Positions 20,713 through 28,580 of a stretch of DNA of 32,497 nucleotides are shown in pieces. A program made the translations under genes and the position numbers. The DNA comes from Catajapyx aquilonaris. Lineage: Eukaryota. Position 1 is the first letter of the stretch. Every line of letters starts with the position of its first letter. The notes under the pieces are model-generated. The model was not told where the DNA came from. It was given only the letters and a program-made list of their open reading frames with translations, and searched no databases. The stretch is from positions 1-32,497 of the forward strand of contig JYFJ02004409.1 of the NCBI GenBank assembly GCA_000934665.2, in the 5' to 3' direction.

Positions 20713-23700
20713 CGAGGAGGAGGAGCAGGAGGTAGCTAAAGAGGAAAATGCTAACGGTGCCCTTTCTAAGCCTCACCTGGCTCCGTGATCACTCATTATT
20801 ATGAGAATCGTGTCATTCAGCATATTTCCTTTGTGTAATCCCTGGACCATTTCCAAAAGGTCTTCATCCGCAGCCTCCACCAAATTGAGGTCATCGTGGG
20901 ACAGCTCTCCGTGAAATGCGAATATGAATTTTGGCTTGTCGCGGTAATGTTGAAAGAAATTTCTTAAGTAATTCATGAATACCTGTGAATGAACAAGTGT
21001 ATCACGATGACTATTTTACCATGTCGACAATGCACTAGACATGCAACCCTCATAACTATCTAGTAATGCGGAACATGTCAATCTTTCCAATTCTTTGATG
21101 AACTCCTATCACCTTGTGGCTCGGTGTGTTCCTGAGGCAATAATTCTTATTCGACTCCCGGTTCTTGTCATATTCCAAAAAAAATGGTCGCATGAAATGA
21201 TCCGTGGGAACTTGATCGAAGCCTTTTAATCTGTATGTGAATGTTCCAACTGAAGCGGTATCTTCTATGAATGCTGAAATTCAAATTATTGCATGCATTG
21301 GAATCCATAATTTATATTCAATAATATTAGTGGGATCCAGCAAGTGAAAATATGCCATGTTTGCTGTTGTCAAGTTTGTAATAATGTTCGTTCTTATCCT
21401 GATGCAAGAATAATTTTTGACTAATAAAAACACAGTATGACGTGGATGATAATTATTATATAGCCTATACTGTATATAAATAAATAAATAAATAAATTTA
21501 CTGAATCTGCTATTTTTGAGCTGTAGATAAGAAATTTAGGCACAAGATTACTATACTTTTTATCTGAATACTGTAGCTTACCTGTTACGTAACCATTGTT
21601 TTTATACTCGTCCCATACCCAAGGATATACATTGACGAAAGTAGCTTCGTCTCCCATGCTCTTCCGAGTTTCAGGCAACTCTGTCTCCTGCAGGCCTAAA
21701 TGAAAAGTGTCAGAGTGACTTACAGGGGTTGGACAAAATAAAAGGAACACCTGCAAAAAACGGTTGAAACTTCGCGTCTGTTTTATTAGAAAACTATAAC
21801 CTCCTGAGACCCCTGGTACAGTATATTATACCTTTGTTTTTTCCAGCACCTTCTGACTAACTCAAACGCGTAAAAAAAACAAAAACAAACGTGATTGAAA
21901 GGTGTAGTAGGGGTCTCAGGAAGATAAAAGTAACAAAGATGACTTTTATCAGGTTTGAAGCTCTGTCGATCTACCTAGGTACATTTGTCGAGATATGCAG
22001 ATGACGCACAGATCAGGAGAGGGGGAGAGAAACAAAAAACGAACGACACTCCCACCCCAGACCCAATTTTTGAGTGAAATGTTCTAGGCTTGTCATTGGA
22101 AACCCGAAACAGTTATGGACATGAAATTCACTGGGTTTTGAATCTCTATCGATGTCACTATGTGAAGTATACGGATGGACCGAACCGGTGCAAATTGGAT
22201 CCCGCTAGGTGGAAATAGACACGTGAAAAACAGACCCGACAGAGATATGCCCCCTGTGCAATTTGAACCTATTAGATGATTGGTATCACACGATATATGA
22301 ATGCCCAATGGGGGGAGGTGTGGTGGCCGTGATGGTAACGTCACGGCTTGCTGTGTGAAAGGCCCCAGGTTCGATCACCGCCTGGGGAACTTTCCTTTCA
22401 CCTGCGTCGGGAGGGTCTCTGACCTGCACCAAGGAGGTGTCTGGCAACCACATGACCCCTTTACAGATCTTGCACTTGCACCTATGTTCCCTCCCCAAAA
22501 ATCCCTATCCCTACCCTACATCCTTGTCTCCTTGCACCGGTGATGAAGTTAAAAAGGAAAATTGGAGAGTAATGGTGGTATTCCACCCCCCTAAAAAGGC
22601 TAAGCCTTATCACGGGGTAACGTAAAATAAATGAATGCCCAATGTTCGCGGGAGGAAGAAATTCCTACTTGGAAAACTTTCCCCGGGTCCCCAGGAGTGG
22701 CGGTTTGGTTTCGTTAGTCAATAACCCCCCCATAGCCATTATCAAAAATCTTTTTTATTATTTAGTGTATGTGGCCAAGTGGCACTCGAATATGTGAACA
22801 ATTGTAAAATGTACAGTCTGGTGGGGGGGTGGAGGAGAAGATGTGTAATGTAATAGGGTTCCATTATTTTATGTAAATATGTATAATACCACAGAGTGAA
22901 GTCCCCCCTGTATAGAGACAGGGGGAAAATAAATATGAATATGAATATACGGATGGACCAGTAATAATCATTCAAGCAGGCAGGAGAAAAAAAGAAACTA
23001 CAGCTGGCCATAATTTCGAGAAGACAGGTTCATCCAGGGAAATGCTAACGTGCTCATCTGGCCCTGCGAGTTATTGTTGATCGTCATGGCATGGGCTGGG
23101 GTGACATTATGTCAATCAAAATATAAGACTTTTGGATCCGGATCCAGCAGGCTATGATTAAGGCTAATAATAATAGCTGATAATAGCTGATATGGGCATA
23201 TTTGAGTGACGCGGCAACATGAGGGATGAAGTTGCCCTTTGCGTAGGTGATGCTGTATGGCTTTACGGTACCGCAACAATACTATCACCTGTTAAGGCCG
23301 TTTACACGACCACTTTCCTAGCGTTTGTACTTTGCGCAACTTTCCTAACGCAAGTCCCTACCCTCCACACGGCCACTTTGCTAACGTTCGTACCGGTTCG
23401 TACTTATGGAAGTGGGCCGGCAGTAGCCAAGCTGCTGGGCCGTTAGCAGTGTTTAGAACCAAAGCGGCTTTCTTCCGGCCTAGCTGAATATGCACCGGAT
23501 ATTACACCACTATTACACCTCCTGCCCCTTCACTGTCGTCGTCGTTGTCGTGCTAGGCAACACGGAGGTGGAGGGTGCACGACGGTGCACGATATATCCG
23601 CAAAGGGACAGGAGTTTGGCAAACTCCGCAAGTGCTCGGGTGCGACCATGCTGCCATCTAGGAGGGTTTACGTACCAGCCGTTCCTAATTTTACGTAGAT

Positions 23701-26700
23701 ATGGGATGTAGGCGATCCGAAAGTACAAACGTAGGAAAGTAGGGCCGTTAGCCAAGTAGGAGCTGGGTGCGTTCTGATTGGCTCTCCGTCCCTACTTTAC
23801 GTAGGAAAGTCGTCGTGTAAACGGGCCTTTATTGGGCGACACGGTGGCGGAGTGGTTATAGCGCCGCAGCCTTCCACCTCTAAGGTCCCGAGTTCGATCC
23901 CCGGATAGGACAGAGTATTTACGCTTATGTGGATATAGTTTCGATGTGTTCTCTCCGTGTTCGCGTGGGTTTTCTCGGGGGTTCTCCCGTTTCCTCCCAC
24001 AATAAAAATCCATCACAGCGCAGGCAATGATTAAAGTCGGTCAATTAAAAGATGGTCCCCTAAAAAGCTCAAGGAGGCTTATCACGAGGTATCCATTATC
24101 TCCACTGTCATCTGTTGGGCCCCGCCAGGCAGGGTTCGTCGCCCTGCAGGATATTTTTAGGTAATATGCGGAGCGGAAGCGAAGCTGAGATATTATTGTG
24201 GGTTTCGTATCCGCAACATTTGCAGTACTGTCCGTCTTGTGGCGGCGGAGGCCAAGGAACGTTATTGTGGCTTTGCCTACGTCCAATCCCCCCTGCTGAT
24301 CACACCGCTAATATCTTGTTTGCTTGCTCCGGGAGGTTCATGCGACGCCGCCAAATAAGTCGCAAGGGTTTACTCTAAGCTAAGCTATCCGCTGAAAATC
24401 ATAATAAGTATAGCTAGATCCGGATCCATAGTTCGAAAGTGGGGCTGAAAGTAGCAGCTTATATGACAGCTTTCTGAATATTGTGAGGCTCAGATTGAAT
24501 CAGTTGGCAGACCTGTATAGGTGGTATCGGCGTGACGTCACCGGCTCTTGGCATGACGTCACCAGCGGGCGGCGGCCATATTGTAGAAATAAGAGTGTTA
24601 CCTGCCCATTGCCTACAAAGTGCCGTAGCTTGCTAACGCGAATATTTGAGCGGATTGTAGGCATTTCACACTGCGGATATGGTTTTTTGTACGATTGTGG
24701 GTTGCTCTGAGAGGTACGGGAGGGACCGGACAGATAAGGTTGCATTATGGCCTGCCTACAGTAATAAATAAATCAGTGCGATCGGACGAAGGAGCTGTCA
24801 AGCGAAAGGAGAGCCCTTTGGCTTTCTCGTATTCATCGTGCTGATATGCCGAGGAAACCATTATAATTATATTAACATATTATGTTAACATAAGGTATTA
24901 TTATATTAACATATTATATTAACATAAGGTATTATTATATTAACATATTATATTAACATAAGGTATTATTATATTAACATAAGGTATTATTATATTAACA
25001 TATTATATTATTATATTAACATATTATATTAACATAAGGTATTATTATATTAACATATTATATTAACATATTATATTAACATATTATATTAACATAAGGT
25101 ATTATTATATTAACATATTATATTAACATAAGGTATTATTATATTAACATATTATATTAACATAAGGTATTATTATATTAACATATTATATATTATATCA
25201 TATAATATATTATATATGATATATATTATATGATATAATACATATTATATGATATGATATATATGATATGATATGATATATATTATATGATATGATATAT
25301 ATTATATGATATAATATTATATAGCCTATTATACCATATAATATATATTATACTATATAATATTATATATTATACAGTATATCCAGGATCCAGGATATAT
25401 ATCCGTGCCAATGAATGTGGCGGGATAATCGGAAAACACTGATGATAATAATCTTAAAATATATTGTCTTAGCTACCGTGAAAATGAGCAATTCGCAGGT
25501 TTTAAATGAACTTCCGGACGTATGCATGCTGATTTAAATAACTTAATATTAATTTAATCGAAATAATAAAACTTACCGTATATTTTTAGTTATTCTTCTA
25601 AAAAAAGCATGCTAAATTTCCTTTCCTGCGAGACGGACGTTTTTTCGGACTTTAATTTCTGACTTCTTATTTTTTGTCGATGCACGAATAATCCGCACCC
25701 GGATAATCGGGAGTGTAGTTCTTTTGCAAGAGCATTTCTCATCATTTCAAATATTATATAAATATAGTAAGTTAATGGTATGAGTTGTTACCAACGTCAT
25801 TAAGGATGCAATTCGTGCGAAACCTGAAATTTTGCTAAATTATTTAATTGTGCGAATTCCTTGCGGTTTAGCGACACATGCATGTCTACACAAAGGTTTC
25901 AGAATAATGATAGATTGCGAACAAAACTAAAGGCATTAAAATCGGACGATTAGGAGCTGAGTTACGGTCATTTGAAGAAACCGGTGGCGGACATCTTGAA
26001 TGGTAATTATTTTGTTGACCTACACCGAATTTGAAGTGCCTCCCGGTTTTAAAAGCTCTGGTATGACCTCATCTATGATCCCTGAAAGTGGCATATTCCA
26101 GTCAAAAGGTGCAGCCTTTTTATTGTACCAGACGTACTATTAACTCCTACTCGGAATAATTTTCTATTTCTACAAGATGGCCGCCGCTCGCATTAGTTCG
26201 AGAAAATACCCAGAGATGGCTCTCTCGCCGATACCACCTATTGGCGGGTAAGGAAATAGGTGGCGGTTAGGACTTTTGGCGGGAAGGGAAAGTGGCGGCC
26301 ATATGAATTCGTGCCGTGACCAAAAGGTGGCACAGCACTCACCAAGCTTGGTGAGTGCTGTGCCACCTTTTGGTCACGGCACGAATTCATTAGGCCGCCA
26401 GGGGAGTGCTGCCACCTTTTGGTCACGGCACTAATTCTTCAGGCCACCACATCTGGAGCGTTTCAGAGGCGAAAAAATAAGGCTATTATTATAGGGGATA
26501 TATAATTATTCTTTAAAGCAGTGCGCAGGGGAGGGCGGGTGTCGTTTCCCTTCTCCGCCCTCTCGCGTGATTATTGGTCCATCTCTATAAGTCAATAGTT
26601 TCAAAACCCAGTTCATATCCATANGGGGGGGGGGTGTCGTTTGTCTTTTGTTTCTCTCCCCCCTCGTGATTTTTGCGTCATCTGCATATCTTGACAAATC

Positions 26701-28178
26701 GACAGAGCTTCAAAACTTTTGCAGGTGATTCTATTATTTTGTCTAACCCCTGTATATTGTACAGAAACTACAATGACACTAGGCTACTATAATTATATTA
26801 CAAAGGGCCAAGAACATGATTAAAATCACCACTCCCGTTCTGCCACCATTAATAAGTAAATGATAAATATTATAAATAGTAACGAAAGGTGATGTCGTTT
26901 GTGTCTTATGAATATCGGAGCATATTTTTGTGGTAATTATTATTTTTTCAAAGATTTTAACCACCAAACTTTCTTTAAAGACATACTGTTCGAGTGCTAT
27001 ATTATTATTGTCGTCAGTGACCGATACAGTGTATGAAAAACCCACCAGTGAGAATAGGGATGAGGGCCTGTGGAGTTCCGTCTCCAACAATGTTGTATCC
27101 CTTCATGACAATGGCATTCAGCTTCTCCATCATGTATTTGTATGTCTTTGGGAGCTTCCGAATGAAATGGACTCTGGATATAGAGTCGAATCCGAACATG
27201 AGGACATTCAACTTCAGTCCGTCTTCAGGAACTTTGCTCCAGTTGCTTCTTTTGGCGATGCCTGCGTCTTTGCGTATACCTGCCATGATGTTTTTCCATC
27301 TGGAAATAGATGAAAAGCAGAAAGATCTGAGAAATGAAAAAGAAGGTGCCGGTTACGTCAAATAGTGCAGCCTTAGTGCTGCTTTTTCACTTAATCGCAT
27401 CATAGACGAGGCTTGTATCTGCAAAAGGTCACCAAGAACCCGTTTCAACAATACTGATAAAAAGAGAGCAGCACCATAACGTATGTTTTATGGTCATAAT
27501 AATTGTAAAATTTTACGTTAACTACCGGTAAGGTACTTTTAGGCTTACTCCTGTTTGGAAGATTCTGATGCGCATTTCACTGCAACAAAATCACTCTGGA
27601 TCAGCTCATAAGCTGTTTTTGTGCTTGTTACTTCGCTCATCTCGTTGTCAAACTCATTCGTTCTGATCACGTCTGTGAAAAACAAAAATAAATAGACAAT
27701 ATAATTCGTGCCTCTATAGGGGAGTCATTTAACACTACCGAGATATCCGGAACATTTCCTGAACATGGTCATTAATGATAGTTGTTGTCAATAACACCCC
27801 TTCTCTTATAATATTATTGTTATTATTACAGATATGAATTTGATGCACGGTTTAGAATTCCCAGCTTAAGACGAGAGCACATTATACATCGTGCGTAATT
27901 ATTAGTTTGGGTGAAGCATTGGAAGGTCGTTAAACGGCAAAAAATAAATTGCAGTTAGCTCTCAACCGGCAGTTGAAAAGTGCCGTTTAAACCTGCGCAT
28001 AGCACCTGAGAAGTTGCATTCAATTGTTCCGTATTTTTCCACGGAACGTTTCGATATCTTGGCAGTACCACCGTTGATCTCAACCCATTCTGGCTCTCCA
28101 TCGCAAACCAATGAGGAAACGTGGCTGAAGTGTTTTTCCAGTTTCTTGGGGTGCATTGGCAATTCTGGCAGAATGCAT
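9707..28178 (-). CDS. DUF229-family protein, paralog 2, 5'-partial (about 585 aa in window)
   Basis: complement(join) of 28178-28006, 27672-27549, 27299-27046, 21695-21582, 21273-21113, 20982-20777, 11552-11436, 11306-11186, 11061-10845, 9978-9707. All introns are GT-AG and phase-compatible, giving one open frame. Motifs: GFDSISR, GYNIVGDGTPQAL, PTDHFMRP, ELSHD, MSDHGARF, EERNP, LTTPFDVHATL, RTCGDARIEPHWCSC, SRVNKYGSQAAC, RKYCYCK. Start exon not located. Confidence 0.9.
10016..10784. mobile_element. Tc1/mariner-like MITE in the last intron of gene 2
   Basis: Perfect 28-bp TIR CAGGGTGGCCGAAAAGTCCCGCATCAAT; TA on the right, AA on the left. Confidence 0.85.
10845..11061 (-). CDS. DUF229 paralog 2 exon
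   Basis: IPKARTCGDARIEPHWCSC...KFIPNN; donor GTAAGA. Confidence 0.9.
11186..11306 (-). CDS. DUF229 paralog 2 exon
   Basis: ENSNVLTTPFDVHATL...RSINLFQK; AG/GT boundaries. Confidence 0.88.
11436..11552 (-). CDS. DUF229 paralog 2 exon
   Basis: FTSIRETLQGKQEERNPMFSYIFPPWF...; donor GTTAGT. Confidence 0.88.
12093..12323 (-). mobile_element. tRNA-derived SINE (family with GGCCACAGCCGCTTCCTTCC core)
   Basis: Minus-strand A box TGGCATAGTGG and B box GGTTCGAATCCC; TSD AAATAATGAATA (12081-12092, 12324-12335). Confidence 0.85.
12344..12605 (+). mobile_element. Solo LTR (Gypsy-like)
   Basis: TGTGAG...CTGACA termini; 4-bp TSD ATAC; internal TATATAAGG and a degenerate poly(A) signal AATAGA. Confidence 0.65.
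12751..13166 (+). mobile_element. 5'-truncated tRNA-derived SINE (family S2) with (TAA)n tail
   Basis: Begins at a B-box remnant GTTCGAAT. Shares the TTTTCTGTGGTTT and GGCCACAGCCGCTTCCTTCC core with the SINE at 12093, and shares its 3' module with S1/S3. Confidence 0.75.
13098..13166. repeat. (TAA)n microsatellite
   Basis: About 23 perfect units forming the SINE tail. Confidence 0.95.
13200..14039. repeat. Three degenerate tandem units of about 170-200 bp, interrupted by SINE S1a
   Basis: Recurrent TGAAACTC...GACACTT...TCACTT...GTTGCCA...TGCAACAT blocks at about 13210, 13725 and 13917. Confidence 0.6.
13323..13671 (+). mobile_element. tRNA-derived SINE family S1, copy a
   Basis: A box TGGCCGTGATGG, B box GGTTCGATCCCC, A-rich tail; 14-bp TSD ATATCTATCAGGTG. 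Confidence 0.9.
14794..15063 (-). mobile_element. tRNA-derived SINE family S4, copy a (V-/Meta-SINE-like core)
   Basis: A box TGGCGGAGTGG, B box GAGTTCGATCCCC; core GTGTTCGCGTGGGTTTTCTCGGGGGTTCTCCCGTTTCCTCCCAC; 13-bp TSD AACAGATGA(C/T)AGT. Confidence 0.85.
15816..16270. mobile_element. PIF/Harbinger-like MITE
   Basis: Perfect 20-bp TIR AGGCGTATTCGGCAATTCAG; 3-bp TSD TCT. Confidence 0.82.
16006..16150. mobile_element. hAT MITE nested in the previous element
   Basis: Termini CAGTGTTGCCAATG / CATTGGCATATCACTG; perfect 8-bp TSD GGATGCAG. Confidence 0.85.
16715..16781 (+). ncRNA. Candidate HDV/CPEB3-like self-cleaving ribozyme (P2 degenerate)
   Basis: P1 AGGACCC/GGGTCCT, P3 ACC/GGT, L3 TCCACGT, P1.1 CC/GG, P4 TAC/GTA, J4/2 G-CGAA, all in the canonical order; P2 pairs poorly. 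Confidence 0.55.
17236..17554. mobile_element. hAT (Buster/Charlie-like) MITE
   Basis: Termini CAGAG..TTCCCAAAC / GTTTGGGAACCTCTG; perfect 8-bp TSD CTCTATAC. Confidence 0.85.
17588..17936 (+). mobile_element. tRNA-derived SINE family S1, copy b
   Basis: Head nearly identical to S1a; poly(A) tail; 11-bp TSD AACTGCATGTT. Confidence 0.9.
17961..18833. mobile_element. Foldback-type MITE with about 170-bp TIRs and an AT-rich microsatellite core
   Basis: 17961-18131 is the reverse complement of 18675-18833 with few differences; the centre is TAATA/TAATATG repeats. TSD not clear. Confidence 0.8.
18887..19111 (+). pseudogene. Helitron RepHel PIF1-like helicase C-terminal remnant
   Basis: YAMTINNNSPGQ...HGQLYVALSRSR...TQNVVYREVL-stop matches the motifs AMTINKSQGQ, HGQLYVALSR and terminal NVVY.EVL of Helitron helicases. 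Confidence 0.85.
19287..19780 (+). pseudogene. THAP-domain gene fragment of a DNA transposon
   Basis: CCVVGC...FYSFP...RERWIRAV...W.P...VICSTYF...FVPTIF. The zinc-binding His is replaced by Tyr. Probable 81-nt intron 19472-19552. Interrupted by SINE S3a. Confidence 0.85.
19783..20092 (+). mobile_element. tRNA-derived SINE family S3, copy a (B box deleted)
   Basis: Homologous to 28578-28246; lacks the TTCGATCCCCACCCGGG segment that lies between two CCCGGG repeats in S3b. Confidence 0.82.
20596..20731. repeat. Compound (AAG)n(ATG)n(AGG)n microsatellite
   Basis: About 20 AAG units then about 19 ATG units, ending about 45 nt from a gene 2 splice donor. Confidence 0.95.
20777..20982 (-). CDS. 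DUF229 paralog 2 exon
   Basis: VFMNYL...FHGELSHDD...IIMSDHGA; donor GTGAGG. Confidence 0.92.
21113..21273 (-). CDS. DUF229 paralog 2 exon
   Basis: FIEDTASVGTFTYRLKGFDQVPTDHFMRPFF...NYCLRNTPSHK; AG/GT boundaries. Confidence 0.9.
21582..21695 (-). CDS. DUF229 paralog 2 exon
   Basis: LQETELPETRK...YPWVWDEYKNNGYVT; donor GTAAGC. Confidence 0.9.
21800..21923. mobile_element. piggyBac-like MITE with ATAA target duplication
   Basis: TIR CCTCCTGAGACCCCT / AGGGGTCTCAGGAAG; ATAA on both sides. Confidence 0.7.
22311..22630 (+). mobile_element. tRNA-derived SINE family S1, copy c
   Basis: Same head as S1a/b; 14-bp TSD ATGAATGCCCAATG. Confidence 0.9.
23295..23828. mobile_element. PIF/Harbinger MITE
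   Basis: TIR AGGCC(C)GTTTACACGAC.ACTTTCCTA; TTA TSD confirmed by the empty site in copy 1. Confidence 0.9.
23834..24103 (+). mobile_element. tRNA-derived SINE family S4, copy b
   Basis: Reverse-complement counterpart of 14794-15063 at the same site in the Helitron. Confidence 0.85.
24519..26239 (+). mobile_element. ISL2EU-like DNA transposon derivative with THAP remnant
   Basis: TIR AGGTGGTATCGGCG; AT duplication deduced from the empty site in copy 1; subterminal inverted GCGGCCAT.TTGTAGAAATA; frameshifted THAP start from 24679 (MVFCTIVGCS...LPTVI..NQCDRTKELSSERRALWLSRIHR). Confidence 0.75.
24861..25375. repeat. AT-rich minisatellite / low-complexity tract
   Basis: Interspersed 21-nt TAACATAAGGTATTATTATAT and 13-nt TAACATATTATAT units, then TGATA/TATAT repeats. 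Confidence 0.92.
26303..26390. repeat. Perfect 88-bp palindrome with no spacer
   Basis: 44-bp arms are exact reverse complements centred on AAG|CTT. Confidence 0.95.
27046..27299 (-). CDS. DUF229 paralog 2 exon
   Basis: WKNIMAGI...NVLMFGFDSISR...PQALIPILT; AG/GT boundaries. Confidence 0.92.
27549..27672 (-). CDS. DUF229 paralog 2 exon
   Basis: Acceptor ttttcacAG; VIRTNEFDNE...SDFVAVKCASES; donor GTAAGC. Confidence 0.85.
28006..28178 (-). CDS. DUF229 paralog 2, first exon found
   Basis: Acceptor ttttcAG; CILPELPMHP...ECNFS; donor GTGCT. Confidence 0.82.
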
Positions 28179-28245
28179 CTGAAAATAGTAGAAAAATTTA
28201 GTGACACTAACAGTAAATGTTGACATCTTCTATCTTCTATAATAT

Positions 28246-28578
28246 ATATTTTTTCTTGCATTGCCCCATTGGGAGTTACATCTCCTTTAGGGGGGTGGAA
28301 TACCACCATCTGGGTGGAACCGGTATACTAAGATAGTATTTAGTTTGTTCCAAGGGTAGGTAGGAGGGGATGTGCAAAGTGCAAGTGCAATGTCGTTGCT
28401 TGGTCATTTTGTGAACTCCCCCGGGTGGCTTAGTCTGTCAGAAAAATTGCCACCCGAAATGAAGCCAGAGATGGCCCAACTCTGCACGGATAAAGGTGGG
28501 AACCCCGGGTGGGGATCGAACCCGGGACCTTAATATCCGTGGGCGCGTAAGTTACCGCAGCGCCACTTCATCTCCCCT
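28246..28578 (-). mobile_element. tRNA-derived SINE family S3, copy b
   Basis: A box TGGCGCTGCGG, B box GGTTCGATCCCC; 15-bp TSD TATCTTCTATAATAT. Confidence 0.9.
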
Positions 28579-28580
28579 TA

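Larger units (their letters stand above)
22999..26498 (-). mobile_element. Non-autonomous Helitron, copy 2 (inverted relative to copy 1)
   Basis: 26498-26240 matches 14040-14385; 24518-23122 matches 14385-15235; 23116-22999 matches the helicase remnant at 18863-18981. Confidence 0.78.
21723..26752. mobile_element. Tc1/mariner-like MITE expanded to 5 kb by nested insertions
   Basis: TIR CAGGGGTT(G/A)GACAAAATAA...CACCTGCAAAA with TA TSDs; further subterminal inverted match 21954-22053 vs 26631-26714. Spans an N at 26624. Confidence 0.8.

Noticed and set aside
24861..25375. CRISPR-like repeat array
   Set aside because: Eukaryotic context, no unique spacers, no cas genes; it is a minisatellite.
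12093..28578. tRNA genes suggested by A and B boxes
   Set aside because: Each head continues into a repeated body with a tail and usually a TSD, and I saw no full cloverleaf, so these are SINEs.
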